Both the position numbers and the translations under genes were made by a program. A stretch of DNA of 64,000 nucleotides, taken from assembly GCA_905331295.1 (NCBI GenBank), contig CAJNYD010000357.1, positions 74,908 to 138,907 of the forward strand. The letters are read 5' to 3'. This document shows, one piece after another, positions 1 through 13,700 of the stretch. This DNA comes from Rotaria socialis (Eukaryota). Numbering within the stretch: the first letter of the stretch is position 1; each line of letters begins with the position of its first letter. The notes under the pieces were generated by a model. It searched no databases and was not told the DNA's origin. It was given only the letters and a program-made list of their open reading frames with translations.

Positions 1-527
1 AGCAAAAATCGTATTTTTCAGGTTTTTACAAGTACGCTGGCGCTTCGAGATTTTTATGTACACACCCGAAAATTATTGAATACAGACAACTTTTTATGCT
101 CTATCCAATGGTCTGACTAAGATTTTCAAATCATTTTCACAAAAACCAAAACTTGTTGGTTTAGTGGTTCGGATTTTCAGAAAACCGGATTTAGAGCCCT
201 ATCTGGAGGACTTAGCGCATGATTTCGGTAAAAACAAAATATGGTTTACTACACAACTCGACGCGGGCTACAAAACTAGCATGATTAAATCGTGCCTGCG
301 GAAGGTCGATGTAAATCTGGGCGGACCTGCGTGAAAGCACCAAGGACCAAATATAAAGGGGGTGTAACGAAGATTGGGGGGGGGTGTAAAGGAGTATTTA
401 CAGCAAAATCTTGCAGTAAAAACGTAAAATGCACAAAAAGCTGCTCTTTTCGCTTGAGAAATATCAAAAATTTTAAGTATTGGGGGGGTGTACACCCCTC
501 CTCATCTCGCTGGTCGCGCGGCCCCTG
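1..527. mobile_element. Probable right terminus of a non-autonomous DNA transposon; the other end lies outside the window
   Basis: GC-rich terminus ...CGCTGGTCGCGCGGCCCCTG (reverse complement CAGGGGCCGCGCG) directly abuts and truncates the left arm of the 528-1576 inverted-repeat element. No partner terminus is visible. Confidence 0.4.
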
Positions 528-1576
528 TGTATACTTCGAAATCGCAACTCGTAATGATTAAAACTATTGTGCGCTATTTTTATAAAAACACTTTCACCCC
601 TTTGTAGCGATAGCAGGAAGAAAAACAATGTGTCCTTTTTCTATGTTTTTTTCTTTTCTTTCGTGTAGAAGATGATTCTTATTCTTGACTCATTGGCGTA
701 TCCCAGCGACAAGACACAATCTGGATATCTGTTCTTCTCTACATGTTTCGTTTTTCTATGACCTTTGAATGACTATCCAAATCAAACATCATAAATATTG
801 ACGAGCAGATAGAAAATGAAAAGAAAGATATAAATAGTTGATGTCTTCACTCTTCTAATATCATGTTTCACAATCTTTGGATTGTTTGCATCCCAAATCT
901 TAAGTTTTTCGACAGTCGAAGTATTTTGCTGATATATCAACAGTATAAAATAATACTGAATATCAGCAGAGAAAAAACACGTATGCACATAATATAGTCC
1001 GAAATAGATTAGGTCAAGATATGAGTAAAAATAACTACGCTTAGTCTCTACGGCGAAAAACTAATCAATGTGCTGGACGGTGACGATGGTCTTGTCAATC
1101 AAGCAAAGCGATTATTGAAAGATTGAATATCCTACCTGACTGCATATTGAAAAGAAATTTAACTTTTAATAAAGATGAAAATCCTTCTCATAATCATCCT
1201 AATTTAAATACTTTCATTTTATCTTTCTATACATCTTTTATGTTCTCGTCAATATTCATGACATTTATTTTTAATAACCATCGAATAATAAATCTTTCAA
1301 AGTCAAAACAAAAGCAAAATACAGTAGAAGATAAAATTGCTTAGTCATCAGTTCTATATGTAACCTGGTCTTAATGTACTTATTATTTTTGTCGCTGGGA
1401 TAATGCCAATGATTCACGATAAAAAATCATCTTCTACACGAAAGAAAAGAAAAAAACAGAAAAATACATTTTGTTTCTCTTATTGCTATCACTGCATATG
1501 GGAGAAAATGTTTTTATGAAAAAACCCACAATAGTTTCATTCATTACGAGTTGCGATTTCGAAGCATACATACGGC
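528..1576. mobile_element. MITE with ~190-bp imperfect terminal inverted repeats
   Basis: 528-~720 (TGTATACTTCGAAATCGCAACTCGTAATGA...CCCAGCGACAA) is the reverse complement of ~1388-1570 (TTGTCGCTGGG...TCATTACGAGTTGCGATTTCGAAGCATACA). Interior is non-coding. Confidence 0.75.
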
Positions 1577-1872
1577 TTTATTTTGTTCATACGTATCTTC
1601 TTAATTGATATTGTAAAATTCAATTGTTTATACCATTACAATAAAATAACATCATCGACGAAATTCTATAAAAGTAAGTATGAATTTACATGAAATATGT
1701 TGACAATAACGCATTTAGTTGGGTTTTAATAGAGAAAAGAATCGATTGCTTTCAGTTCATCAAAACTTCACTATATAAAATAATGTTGTAATTAGGAATA
1801 AAACAGATCAAAAACGTGTAACTGATAAGAATCATATACATACATATATACATATATACATATATATATATA

Positions 1873-3363
1873 CAGTGCGGTGCATAATTATAAGACCACT
1901 TGTTCTCAAATTAAACTAAGTGAAATGAGCCATATTTTTAGTGATTTCACATAGATGAGACATAAGAATAACGCTATAAAATTTGCAAGCGGGAGTCTTT
2001 TTATTTTCCTATATATCTAGAATTACCTCCATTTTAGTGGTGGATAAATATAAGATCACATGATTGGTTTTTAATACTAAGTGAATCATCAGTGACTTTG
2101 AATAAAATTAACACGCAGGATAATACTAAGATTTGAGCTATAACATGCCCAGAGAAATACAACTAACAGAAAGTGAAAGAAAGTTGATTTTAGCATTGCA
2201 CAAGAAAAATATATTCGATCGAGAAATTGTCAGGAAAATCAATCGCTCGAAGACAGTGGTAACAAATTTTTTAAAAGATCCACTTAAATATGGCTCGAGA
2301 AAACGAATTGCTCGAAGAAAAAAGGTCGACGAACGCACCAAACGCCTTATTATTAGAACCGCCAGAAACAAAAGAATATGTTGTGACAATATTGTTAACG
2401 ATTTATGCTTAAAAATGTCACGATGGACAATCAATCGAGTTATAAAAAGGTCAAACATCTTGAAAAAGATGAAAAAAAACACTCTCCTGCTTTAACAACA
2501 GCTCATAAAGATTTACGATTAAGTTGGGTTAAAGATCATATGACCTGGAACAATGAATGGCACAAAGCTGTTTGACCTGATGAAAAAAAAATTAATTTGG
2601 ATGGTCCTGATGGTTTTTCTTACTACTGGCATGATCTCCGTAAAGAGGAAGAGATTTTTTCAACTCGTTCTCTAGGTGGTGGTAGCGTTATGATTTGGGC
2701 GTCGTTTGGTTGGGGTGGTAAAAGTTCAATATGTTTTGTTGACGGTCGAATGAACGCAAAAGGATATCGAGAGGTGTTGAAAAAGCATCTCATTGATATC
2801 GGTAGCTGTATGGGTGGGTCTGATTGGATCTTTCAACAGGATAATGCACCAATTCATCGAGCAAAAGTTAATCTCGCCTGGTTTAAATCGAAGAAAATCA
2901 ATGTTTTACCTTGGCCATCGTTATCACCTGATTTAAATCCAATTGAAAATCTTTGGGGAATACTAGCAAGGAAGGTCTATTCAGGAGGTAAACAATTTAG
3001 AACAAAAGAACAGTTAAAAACTACCATTATAAAATCTTGGGAAGAAATTAGCATCGAACAACTCCGTGCTTTGGTCAAATCGATGCCTGAAAGAATCTTT
3101 GAAGTTATTAAGCTAAATGGAGCCAAGACCAAATATTGATATTTTTTTCTTTGGTGTTTTTATATTTTTTTTTCATGTGGTCTTATATTTATGCACCACC
3201 AAAATGGAGGCAATTCTAGATATATATGAAAATGAAAAGACTCCCGCTTGAAAATTTTATAGCATTATTCTTATGTCTCATCTATGTGAAATCACTAAAA
3301 ATATGGCTCATTTCACTTAGTTTAATTTGAGAACAAGTTGTCTTATAATTATGCACCGCACTG
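1873..3363 (+). mobile_element. Tc1/mariner (Tc3-like, DDE) transposon with ~190-bp IR/DR-type TIRs
   Basis: Ends CAGTGCGGTGCATAATTATAAGAC...GTCTTATAATTATGCACCGCACTG, flanked by TA. TIRs span 1873-~2064 and ~3173-3363, each with an inner copy of the terminal motif. Contains a transposase. Confidence 0.95.
2145..3139 (+). pseudogene. Tc3-like transposase, disrupted
   Basis: N-terminal HTH region (REIVRKINRSKTVVTNFLKDP) and catalytic motifs DEKKINLDGPDG, FQQDNAPIH, SPDLNPIENLW. Frameshift at the A-run near 2472-2479 and an in-frame TGA near 2574. Confidence 0.92.
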
Positions 3364-3547
3364 TATATACATATAAATATATATATATATGATTCTTATC
3401 TCACGGCAAATAAAAGACAAGCAAATTCAAACCCTCGATCGAAGAGGTCGGTTAGAGTTAGTTTCCGAACGAAGGAGTCTCTAATCGAAAATCACTCGAA
3501 TAGATTAAATGTATGTTCACATCGAATTGAATATGAATGTAGACTGG

Positions 3548-3626
3548 GCCTTGATAGCTTAATGGTTAAAGCGTCTGACTAGTTACCAGAGTCGATACTA
3601 CCTGGGTTCGATTCCCAGTCGAGATT
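3548..3626 (+). tRNA. tRNA-Thr(AGT)-like sequence; pseudogene or SINE/TE-embedded tRNA head
   Basis: A-box TAGCTTAATGG; anticodon arm TCTGA-CTAGTTA-CCAGA; T-arm CTGGG-TTCGATT-CCCAG; imperfect acceptor stem GCCTTGA/TCGAGAT; extended variable loop; followed by T-runs. Confidence 0.65.
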
Positions 3627-3668
3627 CATTTTCTTTTCTTTTGTGTTCGTTTCTTTCGAGTGATAAAC

Positions 3669-4335
3669 ACGTTGGGGAAGTTAGCACAAGATTCGAGCTT
3701 TTCTAGCCCGGATTCGCCTATATGGTTGTGTTGAATTTCATTTTCGTTGTGTTGGATGCAGAATGTTGTGCTGCATCGAATGGTGTAATTTTAGAAGGGG
3801 GTTGCCGATCAAAATCTGGCACTTTACCTGGACATACTGCTTTGTCTGAAAATCTTGTAGAAGTAATTCCAGCCACGATTCGCCGCTTTAGCTGTGTTGG
3901 TTCTGGAAATGGTTGTGTTGAATTCAGAATGAGATTCTGCATCGAATAATGTTAAATTTGCATGGGGTCATCGACCAAAGTTCTTCTACTTGGGTGGGGC
4001 TGGAATATAGATTTGGAGGGATGACTTGGGTGAGACCAGACATTTTTTGATCGATGACCCCATACAAGTTTAGCATCATTCGATGCAGAATTTCATTCTG
4101 AATTCAACACAACTAAAGCAGCGAATCCAGGCTGAAATTACTTTTACAAGATTTTCAGAAAAAGCAGTATTTCCAGGTAAAGTGCCAGATTTTGATGGGC
4201 AACCCCCTTCTAAAATTACACCATTCGATTCAGCGCAAAATTCTGCATCCAACACAACAAAAATGAAATTCAACACAACCATATAGGCGAATCCGGGTTG
4301 GAAAAACTCGAATTTTGTGCTAACTTCCCTAACGT
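3669..4335. mobile_element. Foldback / Mutator-like MITE
   Basis: Arms 3669-~3979 and ~4046-4335 are ~300-bp reverse complements around a ~65-bp spacer. Flanked by the 9-bp direct repeat GTGATAAAC (3660-3668, 4336-4344). Confidence 0.85.
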
Positions 4336-4783
4336 GTGATAAACACACACCGTAAAAACATCTTTTATTCGAAATTCGAAACAGAATGTGTAACTGATGT
4401 AATCGCAATCATTGTCAAATAGAAGAAGGAAAAACCTTTATTTACTAATTTTATGATACCTACTTAGATAAAAATATATTTTGTGGAGGTACAGAAAGAT
4501 GTAATTACAGTTTATTGTGCAACATGTCCTTGAGTTAGATAAGACCAAAAGAGTTAAGTCATGTATCACATATATATTTTGATTTTGAATGAAATCTTGT
4601 AGACTACAGATATTCTATTTAAAACAAATCTTATGCTTTAGGTATATCATTGCAAGTCTAAATCAACTCACCGGATTCATCGCTAATTCACTATCATTAC
4701 ATTTCACAATTCTTCCTTATCAATCATATCAAGGTAGGATCTAAAAATTGTATTCTTAGGGAAATCAGTTAAAGACTAAATTA

Positions 4784-7700
4784 ATGTATCACACAGATAC
4801 AGATGAGGATAATCCTACGGAATTAGAAGAAGTTGACGTGAATGATGATTCACTTTGCTCGAAACAAGACCTAAGACTCGCTGCTATAAAAGAACAAGGA
4901 ATACTTTTAACAGAAGAAATTACTGAACTGTGCACTTCATTTAGAAATCGTTTACGACATGGACAAGTTGTCGGTTACATCGATATACTTGCAAAACTCT
5001 ATTATGATATTGCCTGTGCGAATTATAAATATTACAGGAGTGATGTTATAAACGATAATTTAATATCAGTAAAAGCATATTTAGAAAAATGCATTGAACA
5101 ATTTGATTCTAAAGGTGAGATAGCTAATCAGATTACTATCATCAAAGATGCGAAAACTTTTCTAGATATCGTTTGTAAGAAGTATTCTGAATTAACCCAA
5201 AAGACAGAAAAACGTGAGAATGATTTACAAAACCTTCTAAATCAATGTTTAAAAGCAAATAAACGTTCAAGGTCAAATGAAACTTCTGATGAAAATGTAA
5301 ATCATTTAGGATCATCTATGAGAAAAGTTTTAGCTGAAATAATCCAATGTAATCTAGAAATTGGTTCTATAGATCAAGTCGAGCACTACATAAGACATTT
5401 AGAAAGTCTACCGACTGATGAAAATAATGAAAATAAATTAATTGAATATAAATTAAGAAAAGAACAATTAGTAACAATAAATATAGTGATGAAATTTGAA
5501 ACCTATTTATTAAATCCACAAGATGATGATGTAGAATCTTTTGTAATTAAGAAGCCTGAAAATATTTCAGATTATCAAACAGAACTTAATAAATGGAAAG
5601 AATTATTTACTAAATCGAACAGTAAATCAATTGTACTTATTTACAATCCTGAAGAAAACATTAATCTTTGGGAAAGTTGGTTTCGTATTACAAAAAAAGT
5701 AGGAGAATTTTTTCATCTACGAATATCTAAAGAGTCGATTATTAGTCAACTTTTAAAACATGTTTATCATTCTAAAGTAGTTACTGGTTTTATTACTGAA
5801 CTTCTCGATCTATTAGCAGAGAAAAATGTGTTTATCAATGTTGATGATAATACGAATCATCTTTTTACAAATAATCAGTTTAATTTGAAAAGTAAACGAG
5901 CAAAAATGATTTATATTTGTAAGTTATTAAGAAAAGCTTATCGATCAATAGGATATTATCCTTTTGAACAACGTTATGATCGAGCTGTTTATTATTTTAT
6001 AGAAGAAAGACAAAGGTTTCTAAAGAAAATTTCTTCAGCATATAATATTTATATCGATTCAATAGATTTAAAGAATGAACCAATAGTAGAAGATTTTGAG
6101 AATAAATTTCCATTAAATCTCTTTCCACTTACTCCTGGTTCGAGTATTAAAAAATTAAATGATGTTGTACAAGAGGAGAACTTTTTCTTAGACATTCTTC
6201 CTTATATTGATGCAATCAAAGATTTTCAGCGTTCTTGTAATTCTTTATTTGACATCGATTGGAAACTTTGTTGGAATGAAAATGATATAGAAAATATATT
6301 AAATAACATGCGTAAAGAAAAAATTTATGCGAAAAAATTTTGTTTCTTATTAATTCAATGCAATTTATATGTCATATCGAAATTAAGTCGAGAACATCCT
6401 CCTATAAACAGAAATGCGATTGTTTTGCAGAAAATTGAAAATTATTTTCATTGTTATTTTGTAAAAGATAATCAATGGATAAAAGATTGCAAAACAAAGG
6501 AATTGATATTTCGAAAAGTTGAAAACATTGATTTAGAAAATATACAAATAACCGAAACACTTCGATTGATTAAAGAAAATGAGTTTTCCTATGAACAAGG
6601 TAGAACTGAAATTGAGCACCTTGCTGTTGCAATGAATTTGTATCGATGGTATTTTTATGGAAAATTAGCTTATGGTAGCATATCCGAAGGTTATGTTGAT
6701 ATGAAACCTGAATTGAATAGGATAAAAAATCATTTGAAAGATATTTTGCCTGAAGATTTACAGGGAGAAAAGAGCGAAAAACTTATTGATAGAGAAAAAG
6801 AAATTGTTAAAAATTTATCGAAAATTCCCAATATCGATAATGAATATTCGAAAGAATATATCCTAAAACCGATATCAAAAAGTGATTATGAACAACAACG
6901 GTTTCTAAAAAAAGGAATTCTTATCTATGATATTCGAAAATTTAATGATGCAAATTTATTAAAACAACAAATTAAATCTGATGTTAATAAAAATTTAGCT
7001 TGTGTAGTTAAATTAACCAATCAACATTATATTTGTTTGTTTATTGAAAGTAAAAAACCTTATCAATATAACTATGATATGAGATACATTCATGTTCTGG
7101 ATTCTTCTTATGAAATCATTGAAAAAAAGGCCTTAAGTTGGTTAACAGGAGTTATGGATAAATGTGTTTATAAACTAAGTTTAGTCGAATGTCCGGAACA
7201 AAGATCAATGGCAGAAGATAGTTTATTACATGCATTTTTAAATGCAACAGCGTGTCAATGGGCGGTGGATAATCGTTGTTGGAAAGTCTTGAAAAATAAT
7301 TTTCATCGACAGAAGTTTTCGAGTAGAGAAAATATTGAAAAACTTAAGAAATGGTTTGTGGACGAAGATCAAAATGAATTTGTTTTGGATGCGAATGAAG
7401 ATATTTTATCGAAAGATAAAGTTATTGAGACAACTGAAAATTTTCTTCGTTTAGTGAAACCGATTATTTATCGACATTTAAATCCTGATCAACCTTTAGA
7501 ATTAGAACAGATAAAAGAATATGTTGAAGATACATCGAAGAGTTTTGCTGATGTTCGAAACTTTAATGATTTGATTGAAGCTATTTGTCGTATGAATAAT
7601 AATGAAAATCAAGAAGAAATAGAAAAGAATGTTGAAGAAATTCGAGTAGTTAAAGATAGTCTTGAAGAAAAACGACAAGAAGAATTAGAATCTGATGTTT

Positions 7701-10700
7701 TTGTCGATCTTATGTTTGAAATTCTTAAGAAAACATATTTAGATTTATTATTCACTTATCAGGCAATAGAGGAAAATTTCGAAACTTTCGAAGATAAATT
7801 ACATCACGCGATATTGATAAATCTATTGGAAAAAAATGTTTTAGTTACGAAAAATGAATATCCTGATAGCGCTCAGAAAATCGACGCGCTTATTCAAGAA
7901 TTATTTACATCGGAAGATGAATATTTAATGCCGTATATAAATTTTGTAGAATCACTTTTAAATTTTACATCTGAATTAACTGTACAATGTGAAAATATTA
8001 AAAGAAGGTTAGAACAAGTCGAAGCTCAGCGTCGAATAGCTACGAATAAGTTCGCTAAGGCAAGTTTAGATGTGGTTAAAAATTTCGTTAAGAAATTTGT
8101 TAACATAGAAAATTCTTTAAAGGAATTTGATTCAATATTTAAATGCCTTTTACCTAATTGTTATGAATTATTGGAAATGGATGAGATAAATAGACTCTTA
8201 AAACTTCATATTTATGAAAAACTTTCTCATAAAAATCAAGATTTCGATGATATTAAAAGCTGTATTGATACTTTAATTGATCATATTCGAATACATGTAT
8301 TGATCAAAAAATCTTTGGAAGAGATTAATACTCAAAAGTTAGAAGAGATCTATGATTCATTTAATCAATGTACAAAACCGGAGAAAATTGATGAAAGAGC
8401 CATTCACTATATCGGAGCATATATTCGAACAACGATGATGATTAGAATCGATGATTATATGAATAGTTTAGCCAAATTTCGACATGAATCGTTGATGAGT
8501 ATTGAAAATTTTGAAAAACATTTACACGAATATCTATTGAATTCTATTCAAGAATCTATTCGAAGTGGAAAACCTAAAACTCAAGTAGCAAAGGAAGCCT
8601 TGCCGTTTTTCAAATGGAAAGATTTTGATTATGAAATAAGATTATTGGAAATTAAAGAGCTTGTAAAATATTTAGCTAATAAAAATGATATAATACCTCC
8701 TGATGTCATAAATCTATTAGCAGAGCGACTCGATGATACTAATCATAGTCATTATGTTTATTTCAAAAGAGAAACTAATGATTTGAAAAAAATGTTAGAT
8801 CGATTTGGAAAAGTTGCAGAAGTTTTACCGAAATTTAGTGAATTATTTCGAGAAACGTTAAAAAATCGATATGATTCTCTATCAGACAAGGAGATATTTT
8901 CTGATGGAGGTAAAATTAAAAAAGAAATATTTAATCGCCTTAAACCGAGTATAAAATTTGACGATATTGAAAATATTATTAAGAGTTTTGACAATGAAAA
9001 ACTTAATATTTCAAACAAATTAAAAATATTTGTAGTAGATAACGATCAAAAGGCGAGTGCTGAAATAAGCCAATGTTTACGGAATTGTATTATGGATACA
9101 GCAGAAGCATATGGATCAAGTTTATTAGACTTTCGTTGTCGTGCTATGACTGCTTTCGATCATTTTGAAAAGAATTTATATAAATTCTTATCGAGCTATG
9201 AGTCAGTTAGAGATAGAAAACGTAATGGTTTAGAAATGTATTTGAAACCATTTTCGAATTATGACGATTATTCTCATGATAAATATGATAATTATTTATT
9301 TGAATATAAAAGATTTGTAAACTATTTACGTGGAAGATGTCAATGCGCTGAAAATTTAGAAGAGATTTTTAAAGAAGCTGAACATACTTTTAAATGGTTT
9401 TTTAAAGAAAGACTAAAGAATTTAAAAATTATGTTAAATAGTCATATTAATTGGTATGAAATAGAAGTATTAAATCAAGAAAATTATTTAATTTTTCAAA
9501 TAAAAACAACTTGTGCAATTCTTAGTGAAATTTTACAAATTCTTAAAGATAATCATTCAAACTGTTTTTGTCCTGATAATGAAATAAGGATTATTAATTG
9601 TGATAATCTTTATATAGATACTAATTTATCAGATAAAAAATATTCTGGACTAAATATCGTTCTTGTAAGTCCTAATCAGCATTTATTTGGCCATAGCCCC
9701 GATTTAAACATTAATACAGACGGAAAAGCCGCACAAGATATTTGGAAAGATCGTCCAGCTAAAGATGGTCATGGAACAGATAGTAACAGAAATGGAAAGG
9801 ATGGATCTGATGGAAAACCTGGCACGAGTGCAGGACATGTATATGTAGTTGCGAATAAATTACCTCCTATAAAAGTCTCAGCTTGTGGTGGACAAGGAGG
9901 ACGAGGACAAGATGGAGGAAACGGAGCTCCAGGTTTAGATGGTACAGATGGAAAGAATGCGGATGAAGAGAAAGTAAGAGATAAATTAGAAGGGTGGTGG
10001 GTTATTGGAGGTGCGTGGTCATATCGTTGTCGTCGTATTGGTACTGATGGCACATCTGGTGGTTCGGGAGGAGAAGCTGGTTCAGGAGGATATCATGGTG
10101 AACAAGGGAATCCTGGAATAGTAAAATTAGTTGATTTAAATGAAGTTGTTGCGCGCGGAAAACATGTAAATACAGAAAGTAAATCGGTGAGTTCCAATGG
10201 TAAACCAGGAACACCTGGTGAAGCTGGAAAACATGGTAGAGATGGTTTTGATTATGTTGCTTTAAGTGGAAGTACACTTGCTAGACGATCAGTGCAGGAT
10301 AAAAGAGGCCGCCTTGCTCATAAAGATAGATATTATGAAAATGAACGCAAATTTGTCAAACGCTTCCCCATGCTTTCATTTGAGGCCCATGAAAATAATC
10401 GTAGATTTATAGGCAAATATGATGCTGAACGTTCAGAACACAGAGATAGACACAATCATAGGCATAAAGATCAAGAAGTTGCAAAGAAAATACATGCTAT
10501 TAATAATCAACATGTTTTTCTACAAACTGCACATTTCTTTGAGCAATATTGTAACCCTGAGAATGAAGCTACTTATCAGCATTGGAATGCTTCGAGTTTA
10601 AGTAGATTTTTAGAAAAGATGGCTGATTTAGAAAATTTACCTTCACATAAAATAAATATACGACCTGATCTTGAACATGATGTTCAAGAAATTTTAATTC

Positions 10701-13700
10701 TAAAAGAAAACTTTTTACACACTGTCAGTGCAGAAAATCAACGACTTCAAGCCGAAAAACTCGATACAAATCAATTGAGTATTGGAATTTTGTTATTATC
10801 ACAAGAAGTATTAAATCAATTTGAGAAAGGTTTACAATTACATCAAACTATTTATCAACAATTACAAAATGAAATACAACGAGTAGATGTTCAACATTTA
10901 GCAACAGGATTAGAAATTCGTAGTACTGAAATTATAAATTTAAGAAATGCAATCACTCGTATTCTTAATGAACAGCGTTTTAGTCAACGTCTTGCTGCAA
11001 TGCAAAGACGATTAGAAACACTTATAGAAATTCCACGAGAAGAGCTTTCGAAAACCATACTTAATCGAAAGAATATTCAAGTTATAAAAGAAAATTTAGA
11101 CAAACAAGAATGGAAAAAATTTGACAATAGGTTTATTGACGCAACAAATTTTAATAACGATCTCAATGAAAAATCTCTTTTGAAAGTTGGTGATGCTTCT
11201 CTAGAAAAATTTAAAAAAATAATTTCTGAAACAGAAGTAAAAGATATCGAATTAAAACCAATCTCATATTTCATTAATATTTATTTTTATAATTTCCAAC
11301 AGGCAAGATTTTGTTTGACAGATTTGAAAACTATTAAAGATCAACAAGAAAAATTAGATGAAATTTTCTTTAAATATCCACTATTAAGTGGTAATCATGT
11401 GTTAGATTTATTCATCAATTTTTCTAAATCATTAGAGAGAGAATGGTTAAGACATTATTGGATTATATGGACACAGAAAACTTTGACATATCTTCAAGAA
11501 GTTTCTTATGATAATCGTAAAGAAGTTGAAACGAATCTGCGAAATATTTTGCAAACAATAAAAACAGCTAATCATTTTCAACTTGAACAAATTGACTTTG
11601 CACAAAAATCGTCGTTTATATTAAAAGGATTTTCGTACTACGATTTTGACAAGGATTTATACAAACAAAATCGATCTGAATTGATTAAATCTATTAATGA
11701 TTTTCATGAGAATAGTAATCAAGATAATTTAGTTAAAGTTTTTATGACTTTTTCGGAATCTTCGTTCTTTAGTCTTAGTGAAGCTAATTCATTACAGAAT
11801 TTATTAATGAATAAAGTACAATTGGATCTTATCTATGATTTTCTTCAAACTATTCTACATAATGTAATTGTAATGAACATAATCGGAAAAATTTCTGAGA
11901 AATTAATCAGTTGTATAGAAAAGATAGAAGAAGTTCTTGTTCAAAATCCACGATCATATTTATATGATATTTTTCTTAATTTTTCGATTTATATCGAAGG
12001 GTTAAGAATAAAAAGTTCTCTGACTGATGAACAAAGGAAAACTCTAGATGAAATATATAAATCAAATGACTTAGAACGATTGCAAGCTTTTCGTTTATCG
12101 AAACCTTTTCAAAAGAGAATTATTAAGTTCACAATTGAACAAGAAATAGATGCTTTTAATACATTATATGATCCAACATTAGTAGAAAACTTCTTGATAC
12201 ATATTTCTGATCAGATTAATAGTCCAACTAAAGTTTCTAAAGTCATAAAATTTGTTGAATGGATAACAAAAAGTGTCTATTTTTTCGAATATAAGATTGT
12301 AGAAAATATCTTTCAAATTGTAAACGAAATTTTAAAGAAAACAATTGATAAGAATTTACTTGATTCCTTTTCATTCTTACGAATTGTCTTTGATTCTCGA
12401 ATAACAAGAGTTAAAATTGAAAAACGAGAAGAAGATATTAAATCAACTTTAGAAAATAGAAAAACAATATTAAATGATATCACATTGAATTTAGATGAAA
12501 TAAATACTTCATTTAATACAAGAATAGAAGAAAATATTGAAAAAGTCCTTGAATTTTATGGTAATTTACTAAGTTTCATAGATCGTACAAAACTTGATGA
12601 GTTCGGAGGTCTCTTAGAAGATAAATTAAATCAAATAGCAACGAACTATGCAACTTTACAAAAAAACCTATCGAAAACACCTGTAATCGATGAAATGAAA
12701 AGGCTTTTAAATAGTCATAAAGCAAATATTTCATCAAGAGCATCCGAACAAAATGAAACAGTAATACTTATCGATCAGTTTCCTACTAAAATACAAACCG
12801 CGATTAATATTATCGAACAACAAATAAATCTTATCAATAAACAAAAGAGTGAAAACAAAATGTTTGATCATAAACAAATTATTTTAAAAATTCTTGAAGA
12901 TTTATTTTCTAACTTTGCAAATCTTAATGACAACTTTTGCCAATTTTTAACCGAAAGATTAATGACAATTTATACTCCACCAAATGATTCATTATTTAAC
13001 ACGAACACTTCTCATGAAAAACTTGTGCAACAATCGAAATTTTGTCTTTTTATGAGTAAAATCACAGAAAATATAGGAGAAAAACTACTCACTCATTTAG
13101 AACAAAACCTTAAAATTAAAGAATCAGTAATGGAACAAATTGAAAGGTTCGCAAATCAATCTGGAGAAAATGTTTTAGATGATTTAGTGTTACCATTTCT
13201 ACATATCTTAAATCTATGCGAATTAAGTCCTAGAGAAAAAGTGAATGACATTCTTCAGTACATCAATTCAGAGTCCACAAATATTAACCAATCAAATCAA
13301 TTATTAGAGTTAAGAAAAAACGTTTTGTACAAATTGATTAATTATTATCCACTTTTTGAAATTGGCCTTAGTTCGATCAGTAAATATATGCGGAAGTTTA
13401 ATTACATTGAGATAAAAATTGAAGATAATATTACATATTTTGAATTTATATTAAGTTTTCTATACCAAGAACGACAAGAAAAAACCGGAATCCTTCCAGA
13501 CATTTACGGTCGATTTTATGAATATTGTAAAGCAAATGGAGAGAACGAGACTCTTCAGTTTACAAATTTTGCAAGATTAATGAGAATTATTAGTTGTACT
13601 CATCGAGACTATCAACAAGCTAGAGGACCTAATTTAGTTCATGCATTGTTTCAAGTTACTTTAGTTCATGTTTTACTTGAACCAGAAAATCCATTAGGAC

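Noticed and set aside
3718..4408. Paired similar ORFs on opposite strands (3718/4083 and 3722/4076)
   Set aside because: They are mirror translations of the two arms of the foldback element and have no protein motifs.
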